A DNA stretch of 64,000 nucleotides from Candidatus Omnitrophota bacterium (GCA_040753675.1 JBFMEB010000006.1:4561-68560); one strand, 5' to 3'; positions 1 through 8,805 are shown, numbered from the stretch's first letter. Program-made: numbers and translations. The notes: a model not told the origin generated them from the letters alone.

Positions 1-429
1 GGTTCTGATTTTTAAGGTAAGCGGCAAGTGAGTATTCTTTCTAATCAATCTCAATAATTTAGCCAATCTTTTTGGCTCTTTGAGAAGGGCTGCGCCTTCT
101 CCTCGGCGCACTACTTTTCTGACCGGGCAGGCAGCGTTAAAATCCAAAATATCTATAGGATGTTTATGGATTTCCTCCAAGGCATTTAGGATAAATTTTT
201 CTTCTCTACCGAGAATCTGTATGCCCAGCGGCCTGTCAGTATCATCAGATAGAAAAAAATCAGCAGTGCTATTTTTGTTATGGCTTAGAGCCCGCACATT
301 TATCATCTCGATGAATGCGAGCGGGCAGCCAAATCTGCGCATAAGCCGCCTATAGGCTAAATCAGTTATTCCGGCCATGGGCGCTAATATTAGGGCTGGC
401 TCAATTGTTAAATTAGCTATTTTAAGCAT
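1..429 (-). CDS. dus: tRNA-dihydrouridine synthase (DusB-like). The 5' part is present; the 3' end runs off the window start
   Basis: Reverse-strand translation from the ATG at 429 gives MLKIANLTIEPALILAPMAGITDLAYRRLMRRFGCPLAFIEMI...DILDFNAACPVRKV. This has the Dus 'APMAGITD' signature and the Dus-family nucleotide/substrate-binding motif (DFNAACP). It is missing from the ORF track only because it is edge-truncated. Confidence 0.8.
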   Translation of the reverse strand, partial: MLKIANLTIEPALILAPMAGITDLAYRRLMRRFGCPLAFIEMINVRALSHNKNSTADFFLSDDTDRPLGIQILGREEKFILNALEEIHKHPIDILDFNAACPVRKVVRRGEGAALLKEPKRLAKLLRLIRKNTHLPLTLKIRT

Positions 430-469
430 AGGTATATTCTATTAGAAAATTGAGTTTAAGTCCACTAGG

Positions 470-497
470 TTGACTTTCTTACGATTAGCGCTAAAAT
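470..497 (+). promoter_or_regulatory. Candidate sigma70 promoter, TTGACT-16-TAAAAT, upstream of ORF 510
   Basis: Good -35/-10 match read directly. It is divergent from dus. ATG 510 lies 12 nt downstream. Confidence 0.4.
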
Positions 498-509
498 ATA
501 CAGGTAAAT

Positions 510-1016
510 ATGAAGCTGATAAGACAGGATAATCTTTTAAAAATAGCAAAGACTTGGCATATAAAAAGAACCCCAAAATATCGAGCTTTTAAGTGTGCAA
601 ACTGCAGAAGGTTTTTACATCGAGCCTGGCATCACTGGCTTCATAGTGGTGGATTTAGAACTCCGATTCATCTTTGTCAGAAATGCCATAACAATTTGGA
701 CATTACTTATCCGGCTTTAAATCTTTACCCCGTTAGAGAACTACATAAAAAACATAGGAACTTCTCTAACGGGGTTAAGTTAAAAAAGATAAAATTTAGC
801 TTTAAGAAAGAAGTAAGAAAATTTTTAATTAAGATAATTTCTGGTTGGGATATTGCAGAATCGCCACTCTATAAACAATTTACTTGCGATTATTGTAAAA
901 GAATTATTTATAAGACATATCATATATTCTTTAAAGCAAACTCAAAAATTAGCGAAGTGCACCTGTGTAAATATTGCAATCGCCTTATACTATTAAAATC
1001 AAATATCAAAAATTAA
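510..1016 (+). CDS. Hypothetical protein with two tandem CxxC-(22-25)-CxxC zinc-ribbon-like repeats
   Basis: Internal duplication: FKCANCRRF...HLCQKCHN and FTCDYCKRI...HLCKYCNR. It has its own promoter-like sequence. No family recognised. Confidence 0.35.
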   Translation: MKLIRQDNLLKIAKTWHIKRTPKYRAFKCANCRRFLHRAWHHWLHSGGFRTPIHLCQKCHNNLDITYPALNLYPVRELHKKHRNFSNGVKLKKIKFSFKKEVRKFLIKIISGWDIAESPLYKQFTCDYCKRIIYKTYHIFFKANSKISEVHLCKYCNRLILLKSNIKN

Positions 1017-1150
1017 ATATCAAAATGACATATCAAAATTCAAAGTTTTAAAATAAATAATAAAAATGAAAAAAAAGAAATAAAGTAACTTAATTTTGCA
1101 TTTTGCATTGTAATTTTGATTTTTGCATTTTGATTTTTGCATTTTTGAGA
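997..1150. repeat. AT-rich imperfect palindrome of 'caaaat/attttg'-type degenerate repeats. Contains a 45-bp exact inverted copy of 8679-8722
   Basis: Left half is atcaaaa-type units and right half is ttttgcatttt-type units. Positions 1094-1138 are the exact reverse complement of 8679-8722. Confidence 0.8.
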
Positions 1151-1159
1151 GGATACATT

Positions 1160-1188
1160 TGCCAAACAATTATTTTCTTGCTATAATT
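1160..1188 (+). promoter_or_regulatory. Candidate promoter TTGCCA-17-TATAAT. ATG 1196 is only 7 nt after the -10, so the mRNA may be leaderless or nearly so
   Basis: Read directly: ttgccaaacaattattttcttgctataat. Confidence 0.4.
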
Positions 1189-1195
1189 ATGCCCT

Positions 1196-1630
1196 ATGAA
1201 TAAAATTAGATTTAAATTTATCAGCTTAATTTTGGTGATCTTTTTGGCTGTATTTATTGTTGGTTGTGCCTGGCTAAAGGAGTCAGGAAAAAAGTTATGG
1301 GGTTCTTCTACGCAAGCCTTGGAAAAGGCGAGATCCCAAGGCAAAGCTCAGGTTTTTGAATGTTCTTTATCGGCTTGTTTTGATGAATGCTTAAATATAA
1401 TGAGAGATATGAAAGCAACTGTTTTTGCAAAAGATAAAAGGCGAGGGGTATTAATAGCAATGGATTTTAAAGTCAAAGACGTCATTGATACTACAGAGTT
1501 AGGAATATTTTTTACAAAGAGCGAAAATTTGACTAAAGTAGAAATAACCAGCTTAAATCCTGTTCTTATCGATGAAGTCGGCCCAAAAATTTTAAGCGGC
1601 CTGGAGAAGAAATTTTCAATTGTTAATTAG
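1196..1630 (+). CDS. Hypothetical lipoprotein
   Basis: Signal peptide with a lipobox-like IVGC|AW. No recognisable domain. Confidence 0.5.
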   Translation: MNKIRFKFISLILVIFLAVFIVGCAWLKESGKKLWGSSTQALEKARSQGKAQVFECSLSACFDECLNIMRDMKATVFAKDKRRGVLIAMDFKVKDVIDTTELGIFFTKSENLTKVEITSLNPVLIDEVGPKILSGLEKKFSIVN

Positions 1631-1783
1631 GGCGTCGCAAAAGCTCCGCCCTTGATTACACAGATTATAAATGAAGATTACGGTGATTAAATCTTAAAAA
1701 ACAATCTCTGGAATCTAATCAAAAATCACTGTAATCATCAGCCCGAAACGAATTTTGTGAAGGGCTGAAAAAAAGGGGGCAAT

Positions 1784-2221
1784 ATGTTTAAAAAATTGTT
1801 GTTGATATCAGTTGTTTTAGTTATTGCAAGTTTTGCTTTAGGTTGCGAGAATATGGGGGAAAATACTAAAAAAGGAGCTGTGGTAGGCACGTTGATAGGC
1901 GCAGGCACAGGTGCGGTTATCGGGCATCAGACTGGCCGTGCCGGAGAAGGTGCAGCTATTGGCGCTGCAGTAGGCGGAGTTTCCGGCGGCCTCATTGGTT
2001 CCGGGATTGATAAAAGTACTCAAGCTGCAAAACTGGAAAAGCTTTCTTTAAGCGACGTAATTTTATTATCGAAAAATGGCATTGCCGATGAAGTTATTAT
2101 CAATAAAATTAATAATTCTGGCAGCATATTTAATCTTTCCAGCCAGGAAATCGGGCTTTTGAGGAAAGAAGGCGTAAGCGATGCAGTGATAGATACGATG
2201 TTGGCTACGGCTAAGAGGTAA
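1784..2221 (+). CDS. Glycine-zipper lipoprotein (SlyB / 17-kDa-antigen-like)
   Basis: LGC lipobox. Long GxxxG glycine-zipper stretch GAVVGTLIGAGTGAVIGHQTGRAGEGAAIGAAVGGVSGGLIGSGI. Confidence 0.6.
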   Translation: MFKKLLLISVVLVIASFALGCENMGENTKKGAVVGTLIGAGTGAVIGHQTGRAGEGAAIGAAVGGVSGGLIGSGIDKSTQAAKLEKLSLSDVILLSKNGIADEVIINKINNSGSIFNLSSQEIGLLRKEGVSDAVIDTMLATAKR

Positions 2222-2246
2222 AGAAAATAATTTCCTTCGCAATAAA

Positions 2247-2282
2247 AGAGGCCTCTGAGAGAGAGGCCTCAAATCCTTTTTA
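2247..2282 (+). terminator. Rho-independent terminator
   Basis: gaggcctc-tgagaga-gaggcctc hairpin followed by a T-tract. Confidence 0.7.
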
Positions 2283-2294
2283 AGATTAGAAGAC

Positions 2295-3167
2295 ATGCAG
2301 ACAAAATCAGCTCAAATAAAAAAAACACTCATCTTGACTCTTTTTTTAAACTGGCTGGTAGCTTTGGCCAAACTTGTTGTAGGAAAACAAATTGCCAGCA
2401 CCAGCATGTTCGCTGACGGAATTCATTCTTTTTCGGATAGTGCATCTAACATCATCGGTCTGGTAGGGATTTGGCTTGCCTATATGCCAAAGGATGAAGA
2501 TCATCCTTACGGCCATAAGAAATTCGAGACATTTGCTTCCTTAGGTATCGTATTATTGCTTATGCTGGGCTGTGTCAACATAATACACGAGAGTATTGAG
2601 CGCTTCAAAAATCCCGTTATCCCACAGGTAAGCATAATCAGCATTGGCGTTATGTTGGCTACCATGATTATAAATTTAATAGTTATGCTCTATGAGCGTA
2701 GGCGCGGGATTGTCCTTAACAGCGACATCTTAAAATCAGACTCTATGCACACCAGTGCCGATATTTTGACTTCGCTTTCGGTGTTGTTTAGCTTTGCCGC
2801 AGTAAAAATGGGTTTTATTATCCTTGACCCAGTAATAGCCTTGATAATTACTATCTTTATTGGCAAAGTTGCAATCGAGATAATATCCGATGCTTCAAAG
2901 GTGCTCTGCGATGCTACTATTATAGATTCCAAGAAGATTGAGCAGCTTTGTTTAACTATTCCCGGAGTAATAAAATGCCACAAGATCAGGACGCGGGGAA
3001 GGCCGGATGATATCTATGTTGATTTGCATATCTTAGTAAATAAGGATACTAAAATTGTAGCAGCTCACAATCTAAGTTCTATAATTGAAAAAAAGATAAA
3101 AAGCGAAATTGTTGGCGTTAGTGATGTAGTTGTCCACATTGAGCCATGTGACGGACACTGTGATTAA
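2295..3167 (+). CDS. Cation diffusion facilitator (CDF) family metal efflux transporter
   Basis: CDF signature HSFSDSASN in TM2, and the HGHKKFE and DSMHTSADILTS motifs typical of CzcD/FieF-type transporters. Confidence 0.85.
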   Translation: MQTKSAQIKKTLILTLFLNWLVALAKLVVGKQIASTSMFADGIHSFSDSASNIIGLVGIWLAYMPKDEDHPYGHKKFETFASLGIVLLLMLGCVNIIHESIERFKNPVIPQVSIISIGVMLATMIINLIVMLYERRRGIVLNSDILKSDSMHTSADILTSLSVLFSFAAVKMGFIILDPVIALIITIFIGKVAIEIISDASKVLCDATIIDSKKIEQLCLTIPGVIKCHKIRTRGRPDDIYVDLHILVNKDTKIVAAHNLSSIIEKKIKSEIVGVSDVVVHIEPCDGHCD

Positions 3168-3206
3168 AGTTTACAGCTAACAGTGTACAGTTTACAGTAA
3201 AGAGTA

Positions 3207-3464
3207 ATGGAAAATTTTGATTTTGAAAATCTAAATGTTTATAAAAAGTCATTGGAATTTATTCATAATATTTTGGAAATTTATAAAAAATTATCCAGAG
3301 AATTCCAGTATTCCATTTCTTTGGATTCAACGAGAGAATGTATTTCTGTTTTTAATGTTCTATATAGAGAATCCTTCATAGATGAAGGAATTTATAGCAA
3401 ATTACGCTTGGAAGCTAGAGAGATTACCAGCATGTTATGCGGTTTGATAGACTCAATTGGTTAA
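3207..3464 (+). CDS. Small, degenerate four-helix-bundle-like protein (23S rRNA IVS protein family, short)
   Basis: The N-terminus LNVYKKSLEFIHNILEIYKKL resembles 26704 (LEVYKISHKLAIEIHKM). It is flanked by inverted 'gtttacag / ctgtaaac' repeats. Weak call. Confidence 0.35.
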   Translation: MENFDFENLNVYKKSLEFIHNILEIYKKLSREFQYSISLDSTRECISVFNVLYRESFIDEGIYSKLRLEAREITSMLCGLIDSIG

Positions 3465-3519
3465 TACTGTTAACTGTTAACAGTAATCTGTAAACTTTTC
3501 CGACAGAATGGAGGAAATA

Positions 3520-3789
3520 ATGGCACGCAGAGGCGGACTTTCACACATACACTATAGAGAAAAAAGAGGGTTAAAAGTGAGCGCAGGCGAGCATGTTAAA
3601 GCCGGCAGCATCCTGACTCGCCAAGCAGATAAATGGAAACCTGGGATTAATGTTAGAGGTCAAGGCACATTATACGCATTGATAGACGGTGAGGTTTACT
3701 TTACACATAGAAAATCAAGATATAAGACAAAAAAGTCAGAGACAGTTATAAATATCAAGAAAGAGGAATCAAAGAAGACAGTAAAGTAG
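3520..3789 (+). CDS. rpmA: Ribosomal protein L27-like (divergent). Start placed at ATG 3520 with GGAGGA 5 nt upstream
   Basis: MARRGG...[47 protein letters not shown] aligns along the whole length of bacterial L27 (GG..KRLGVK..G..V.AGSII.RQRGT...PG.NVG.G.D.TLFA..DG.V.F). No rplU is adjacent. Confidence 0.6.
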   Translation: MARRGGLSHIHYREKRGLKVSAGEHVKAGSILTRQADKWKPGINVRGQGTLYALIDGEVYFTHRKSRYKTKKSETVINIKKEESKKTVK

Positions 3790-3804
3790 TTTGTAGATTG
3801 TAGT

Positions 3805-4257
3805 TTGTTGTCAGTAACAACAGAATTTACTATGTCTAAGAAACTTTGGTTAGGCCTGGGTGCAGTATTTTTAATCTTGTTTGTATCGCAGGCCATATTT
3901 AATATCCGCAGGCATTTCCAGGAAAGTAAAGAATCTGATGTGCCGGAAATTATTGTGGATATGGCAACTTTAAACGAAACAATTTTAGCAGAAGAATTGG
4001 AGCCTAAACCAATTCCCAAAAATAATATACCTAAGGCCAAAGTTAGCCAAGTTTCTTCTTCAGATTTACCTAAAGATATGAAAGAAATTCAGCGGGCATT
4101 AAAATCAGCCGGTTTTAATCCTGGTGCTATTGACGGAAAGTTGGGTAGTCAGACAGAGGCTGCTATCAAGAATTTTCAGAAGGTTAGCAATCTTAAGGTT
4201 GATGGAAGAGTAGGCCGCAATACCTGGCGGCTGTTGAAGAAATATTTAAAAGATTAA
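3805..4257 (+). CDS. Membrane-anchored peptidoglycan-binding domain protein
   Basis: N-terminal TM. C-terminus LKSAGFNPGAIDGKLGSQTEAAIKNFQK...VDGRVGRNTWRLL matches the PG_binding_1 fold. Confidence 0.7.
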   Translation: MLSVTTEFTMSKKLWLGLGAVFLILFVSQAIFNIRRHFQESKESDVPEIIVDMATLNETILAEELEPKPIPKNNIPKAKVSQVSSSDLPKDMKEIQRALKSAGFNPGAIDGKLGSQTEAAIKNFQKVSNLKVDGRVGRNTWRLLKKYLKD

Positions 4258-4319
4258 CCGAACCCATTGATTTAATTTAAGTAAGGTGATATAATAATAA
4301 ATTAAATCTAAAATAAGGA

Positions 4320-4874
4320 GTGAACTTGAAACTAAGATTTATTTGGCTATTTTCGTTAGTATTATTTTTAGGCTCTTGCGTTTCCCTGACTGCCAATTTC
4401 AGTCCTGCAGATAAACTGTATTTCCAGGCAAAGCAGTTTGCAAAAGAAGGCAAGAGAGATTTTGTTTTTTTGAGCTTAAGCGAACTTATCCGGGAATACC
4501 CCGGCTATAAATTTATTGCAGAGGCAAGATTTGCCGTAGGCGAGTATCACTTTCTATCCGGTAATTATAATAAGGCGGTTAACGATCTCGTTGGATTTTT
4601 AAAAAACTATCCTAACCATAAGGGGAGCGTTTTTGCTAAGAGTTTCCTTTATAAAATTATTAATGATAATAAATGGATAAATAGCGAAGAAGCGGGAAAG
4701 ATTGCAAAGGCTATTAAAGAAGAATTTTTTTCTACTCCCGCCTTTTTTGTTTTTTCTGAATTTAAAGAAAAGAGCCTAAAGTCTCTCTTAGGAAATTCTT
4801 ATTCCTTAAAAGAATATGTAGATAAAATAGAAATATTCGCTAATGGCAAACTTTTACTCAGCGTCTCCCTTTAA
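4320..4874 (+). CDS. TPR-like lipoprotein. Candidate BamD/YbgF or pilotin (PilF/Tgl)-like; subtype unresolved
   Basis: Signal plus LGSC lipobox. TPR-like helical repeats (YFQAKQFAKEGKRDF..., FAVGEYHFLSGNYNKAVNDLVGFLKNYP). GTG/TTG start. Confidence 0.5.
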   Translation: MNLKLRFIWLFSLVLFLGSCVSLTANFSPADKLYFQAKQFAKEGKRDFVFLSLSELIREYPGYKFIAEARFAVGEYHFLSGNYNKAVNDLVGFLKNYPNHKGSVFAKSFLYKIINDNKWINSEEAGKIAKAIKEEFFSTPAFFVFSEFKEKSLKSLLGNSYSLKEYVDKIEIFANGKLLLSVSL

Positions 4875-6945
4875 GCGCTTAGTTAAAGTAATTCTAATTG
4901 TTGTCTGTTTGGTTATTATTTTTGACACCTTCCTTTCTCTTTTCCTATTCCGTTACGTCCACAGAGTAATCAATAATATCGATCCCAAATTGGGGAAAAT
5001 CTATATCTCACAAGTTAGCATAGATTTCCTAAGGGGCATTGTTTTACAGGACGTCTCTATTGTGGATAATGCCACTCCACCCCAAATTTTGTTTCAGGCT
5101 AAAAAACTTAATTTAAAATTTGATCCCCTATCGATTTTAAATAGAGAATTAAATTTTAATAGAATAAAATGCGTTGGTTTAGATATCTATATAAATAAAG
5201 ATTCTCAGACTTTAAAAAAAATATCTTTAATCAGCAAGGCTGCCTATGAAGAATTCTTAAAAAACCAGATTCTGCCATTAGAGTTAGTCTTTAAAGACCC
5301 ATCGGTAAATTTTATTTCGAGTAAGTTTATAGTTGCAGATTTTTCGGGAGAAGAACCAGGGATATGGATTGTCCGGCTAAAAGGTATGGCCGCTTTGAGA
5401 AATAAGAAAATTTTTTCGCAAGGCTCAGTTAATTTGGAACACAAACTTTCCGCAACCTCTTCCTTTATAAATCTTTTTAGAAATCAGTTTTTAAGCCAGG
5501 ATTTTGACTACCGGTTAATTGCCAACTTGAAAAAAAATGATTTCTTGATTGAAGATTTTGATATTATGGTCGGTTATGACCATATTAAAGGTCAGGCAAT
5601 TGTCAGTAATTTTACTACCTCCAAGCCTATTATTAATCTTATTGTTAATACCAGCAATCTTTCCATTGAGAATATAACTTCCTTAATTAAAGATTTTGAT
5701 ACGCGCGGCTCATTCAATTTATCTGCTGCGGCAAGGGGACCATTAGACAATCTGAAGTTTATTATTACCTTAAATTTCCTTGGTTGCACTTTTCGTTATT
5801 CCTCATTTCCGGTATTAAAAAATATTGTAGGAAAGGTTAAATTGACAGAAAGCGCACTTACCATTGATAATCTTTTCTTGATTTTTAATGACGTGGGCCT
5901 GAACGTTAACTCTCGAATAAGCCAGAAACAGGATACAACACAGATTAGCGCTGATATCAGTATAAAACCGTCCCAGGCGCAAATAGCTTTTTTGCCGCGT
6001 TCGATAAATATTAATTCTAACTGGCAGAGGAAGAATGTTGGTTTGGGTGGCAACTTATCTTTCACCTATGAGGCAACCGACAACAACAAGTATTCAATGA
6101 ATCTGGAAGAGGTGGCTTTTCTAAAAGAAAATGTTGGAGGGTCGCTGAAAGCTAAGAAAGTAATTTTTAGACAGATTCCCTTGCAGGGAGATAAAGAAAA
6201 AAAATTTGATTTGTCTGATTTTGCAGCAAAGTTTGAGCCAAAAAAAGGAGAATTTAACTTAAGCGATATAAAGGTATCTGGTTTTTCTGGTCAGATAAGT
6301 GCTAATATTTATCTTGGCGGCGCTGGCAGTTATCGTTATGCGTCATCTTTACTTGCGCAGAATCTGGATGCTTCACAGATACAAGCCGGGCTGGCAGTGC
6401 CTTATAATCTTTTAGGATTTATTTGGGCAAAAATATTTTCCAGTTCGACAGACAGGGATTTCACTAAAGGTATCTTATTAATAAAAAAAGGCAAATTACA
6501 GGAGACTGCTTTATTATTGTCTTTAGCCGAATATCTGAATATCAATTCCTTAAAAGCGATTGATTTCGATGAGATGCAGTTACGATTTTCATTTTTAAAA
6601 AACGGCGTATTTAGATACGGTTTGAAAAGCAAAGGTAAAGACGTAGTGTTGGATGCCAATTTCCAGATTGGTAAGGACCAGCAGCTCTCTGGTTATTTCA
6701 ATGCAAACATTAACCATACCTTATTGATGGAATCGAATAAATTGCGTAGATTGCTAAAGATGATTGGCGATGAGTCGGCTTCTGTAGATTTTCCTTTTAA
6801 ATTAGGAGGCACGATACATAAGCCAAGATTAAGCTGGTTACGTAATGATTTTAAACGTTCACTTGAACACGTAATTCCCGCTTGGTATAGGCAGGGAATG
6901 CAGAAAGGTATTGACGATGCAGTTGAGGAAATGTTCAAGGAGTAA
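4843..6945 (+). CDS. AsmA-family large outer-membrane-biogenesis-like protein
   Basis: N-terminal TM followed by a long beta-rich body. The C-terminal FPFKLGGTIHKPRLSW resembles the AsmA C-terminal motif. No secretin motifs. Confidence 0.5.
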   Translation: MANFYSASPFKRLVKVILIVVCLVIIFDTFLSLFLFRYVHRVINNIDPKLGKIYISQVSIDFLRGIVLQDVSIVDNATPPQILFQAKKLNLKFDPLSILNRELNFNRIKCVGLDIYINKDSQTLKKISLISKAAYEEFLKNQILPLELVFKDPSVNFISSKFIVADFSGEEPGIWIVRLKGMAALRNKKIFSQGSVNLEHKLSATSSFINLFRNQFLSQDFDYRLIANLKKNDFLIEDFDIMVGYDHIKGQAIVSNFTTSKPIINLIVNTSNLSIENITSLIKDFDTRGSFNLSAAARGPLDNLKFIITLNFLGCTFRYSSFPVLKNIVGKVKLTESALTIDNLFLIFNDVGLNVNSRISQKQDTTQISADISIKPSQAQIAFLPRSININSNWQRKNVGLGGNLSFTYEATDNNKYSMNLEEVAFLKENVGGSLKAKKVIFRQIPLQGDKEKKFDLSDFAAKFEPKKGEFNLSDIKVSGFSGQISANIYLGGAGSYRYASSLLAQNLDASQIQAGLAVPYNLLGFIWAKIFSSSTDRDFTKGILLIKKGKLQETALLLSLAEYLNINSLKAIDFDEMQLRFSFLKNGVFRYGLKSKGKDVVLDANFQIGKDQQLSGYFNANINHTLLMESNKLRRLLKMIGDESASVDFPFKLGGTIHKPRLSWLRNDFKRSLEHVIPAWYRQGMQKGIDDAVEEMFKE

Positions 6946-6948
6946 AAG

Positions 6949-8643
6949 ATGATGCAAGAGAAAAAATCGCTGGGCTTTAGTTTGGTTGAAGCAGGATTAT
7001 TAGGCTCGGAAGAGTTAAAATTAGCGGAAAAAGAGGCGAAAAAAAATAGCATATCCCTGCGAAAGGCTATTCTAAAATTGGGAATTATTGAGGAAGATGC
7101 GCTGGTTTCATTCTTAAGCACTCATTTAGGTATTCCCAGTATAGACTTGAGCACTTATTTGATAGACCCGGCAATTTTGCAGCATGTGCCAAAAGATTTG
7201 GCTGAAAAATATGACCTTATTCCGGTTTTTAAAATTGGCGATACATTGACATGTGCAATGTCTGAGCCCTTAAATATCGTTGCCCAGGATGAAATCCGCC
7301 TAAAGACAGGTTTTAATATCGAAGCAGTTGTGGCAAGGGAATCGGATATAAAAAGCGCAATCTATTCTTATTATGGAGAGAAGACTTCTGTAGAAGACGT
7401 AGTGAAGGAATTAGAACAAGTTGAGGCAGATTTAAAATCAGGCAGAGAGATAGCAGCTAAACGGCTTAAAGATTTAGCCCAAGAGCCTCCGCTTATCCGT
7501 TTGGTGAACCTTTTGATTATGAAGGCAATTAAAGAAGAAGCCAGCGATATTCATATCGAACCAGAAGAAAATACCCTGCGGGTGCGTTATCGTATTGACG
7601 GCATATTGCATGATGTTGAAGCCCCGCCAAAACATTTGCAGCAGGCAATAATTTCTCGTATTAAGATACTTTCTAATCTGGATATTGCAGAGCGCAGGAT
7701 TCCTCAGGATGGACGGTTTCAGGTTAGCGCAGAAAATAGGCGCATTGATATCCGAGTCTCTTGCGTGCCGACAATTTTTGGCGAAAATATTGTATTGAGA
7801 TTACTTGATACCACACACCTAAAGTTGAATTTGCAGGATTTAGGCTTTGAGAGCGAGGAATTGGAAAAATTCGAACGCTTTATCCAGAGGCCCCATGGAA
7901 TTATCTTGGTAACTGGACCTACCGGCAGTGGAAAGACAACGACTTTATATGCAGCTTTAAATAAGATAAATTCCGCAGAAAAAAATATTATTACTATTGA
8001 AGACCCTGTTGAATATCGTCTGGCAGGAGTGCGCCAGATTCAAGTTAATCCTAAGGTGAATCTTACCTTTGCTAATGGCTTACGTTCGATATTGCGCCAG
8101 GATCCTGATATAATAATGGTAGGAGAAATTCGCGATAGAGACACTGCCGAGATTGCTATACATGCTGCTTTAACCGGTCATTTAGTGCTTTCGACATTGC
8201 ACACTAATGATGCCGCCGGAGCAATTACCCGGCTTATTGACATGGGTATAGAACCATTTCTGGTCGCCTCATCGGTTATCGGCATAGTTGCACAAAGATT
8301 AGTGAGAACAATCTGTTCTGGTTGCAAAGAAGCATATCAAGTCTCAGATAAAATATTAGAAAGTATTGAGTTGGAGAGAACTGTTAGAGGTCCTGTATAT
8401 TTTCATCACGGTAGAGGCTGTAATAAATGCCTTAATACTGGCTTTCACGGTCGAACAGCAATTTTTGAACTCTTATTAATGGAAGAAACAGTCAGAGAAT
8501 TAACGCTAAAAAAGGCATCGACAAGTGCTATAAATCAAGCCGCAATTAAATTAGGTATGCGTAATTTAAGAGAATCTGGCTTAAAAAAGGTCAGTAGCGC
8601 TATAACCACTATTGAAGAATTAATGCGGGTTACTGAGGAGTAA
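6949..8643 (+). CDS. pilB: Type IV pilus / T2SS assembly ATPase (PilB/GspE/MshE family) with an MshEN-type N-terminus
   Basis: Tandem T2SSE_N domains. Walker A GPTGSGKTTT, Asp and His boxes. Tetracysteine CSGCKEAY...CNKCLNTGF. The N-terminus SLGFSLVEAGLLGSEELKLA fits the MshEN c-di-GMP-binding motif. Confidence 0.9.
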   Translation: MMQEKKSLGFSLVEAGLLGSEELKLAEKEAKKNSISLRKAILKLGIIEEDALVSFLSTHLGIPSIDLSTYLIDPAILQHVPKDLAEKYDLIPVFKIGDTLTCAMSEPLNIVAQDEIRLKTGFNIEAVVARESDIKSAIYSYYGEKTSVEDVVKELEQVEADLKSGREIAAKRLKDLAQEPPLIRLVNLLIMKAIKEEASDIHIEPEENTLRVRYRIDGILHDVEAPPKHLQQAIISRIKILSNLDIAERRIPQDGRFQVSAENRRIDIRVSCVPTIFGENIVLRLLDTTHLKLNLQDLGFESEELEKFERFIQRPHGIILVTGPTGSGKTTTLYAALNKINSAEKNIITIEDPVEYRLAGVRQIQVNPKVNLTFANGLRSILRQDPDIIMVGEIRDRDTAEIAIHAALTGHLVLSTLHTNDAAGAITRLIDMGIEPFLVASSVIGIVAQRLVRTICSGCKEAYQVSDKILESIELERTVRGPVYFHHGRGCNKCLNTGFHGRTAIFELLLMEETVRELTLKKASTSAINQAAIKLGMRNLRESGLKKVSSAITTIEELMRVTEE

Positions 8644-8672
8644 ACACGGTGCCTTGAATAAATAACGCTTTA

Positions 8673-8775
8673 ATGTAAAAATCAAAATGCAAAAATCAAA
8701 ATTACAATGCAAAATGCAAAATTTTTTAATTTTGATATGTCATTTTAATATTTAATTTTTAATATTTGATATAAA
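8673..8775. repeat. AT-rich imperfect palindrome (caaaat family) at the pilB1-pilC1 junction
   Basis: aaaatcaaaatgcaaaaatcaaaattacaatgcaaaatgcaaaat ... ttttgatatgtcattttaatatttaatttttaatatttgatat. Positions 8679-8722 are an exact inverted copy of 1094-1138. Confidence 0.8.
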
Positions 8776-8805
8776 GACAGTAGTATTTTTGGGAGATAAA
8801 TTAAT

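Noticed and set aside
80-355. + strand ORF of 91 aa at the left edge
   Set aside because: Lies antisense to a convincing Dus (tRNA-dihydrouridine synthase) reading frame on the minus strand. Its product is low-complexity and Arg/Ser-rich with no homology. Treated as a shadow ORF.
997-1150. Possibility that the reiterated intergenic motifs are CRISPR arrays
   Set aside because: The units are degenerate and of uneven length. They lack unique spacers of constant size. They are arranged as forward units followed by their reverse complements (palindromes), not as direct repeats. No cas genes are present.
3508-3519. ORF-track start of the L27-like gene at 3508
   Set aside because: GGAGGA at 3510-3515 would lie inside the ORF. 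ATG 3520 has a properly spaced RBS and yields a canonical L27 length (89 aa).
4843-6945. 700-aa protein upstream of pilB1 considered as a missing PilQ/GspD secretin
   Set aside because: It has an N-terminal TM anchor and an AsmA-like C-terminal motif. It has no secretin C-domain signatures or N0/N1-like domains. Called AsmA-family instead.
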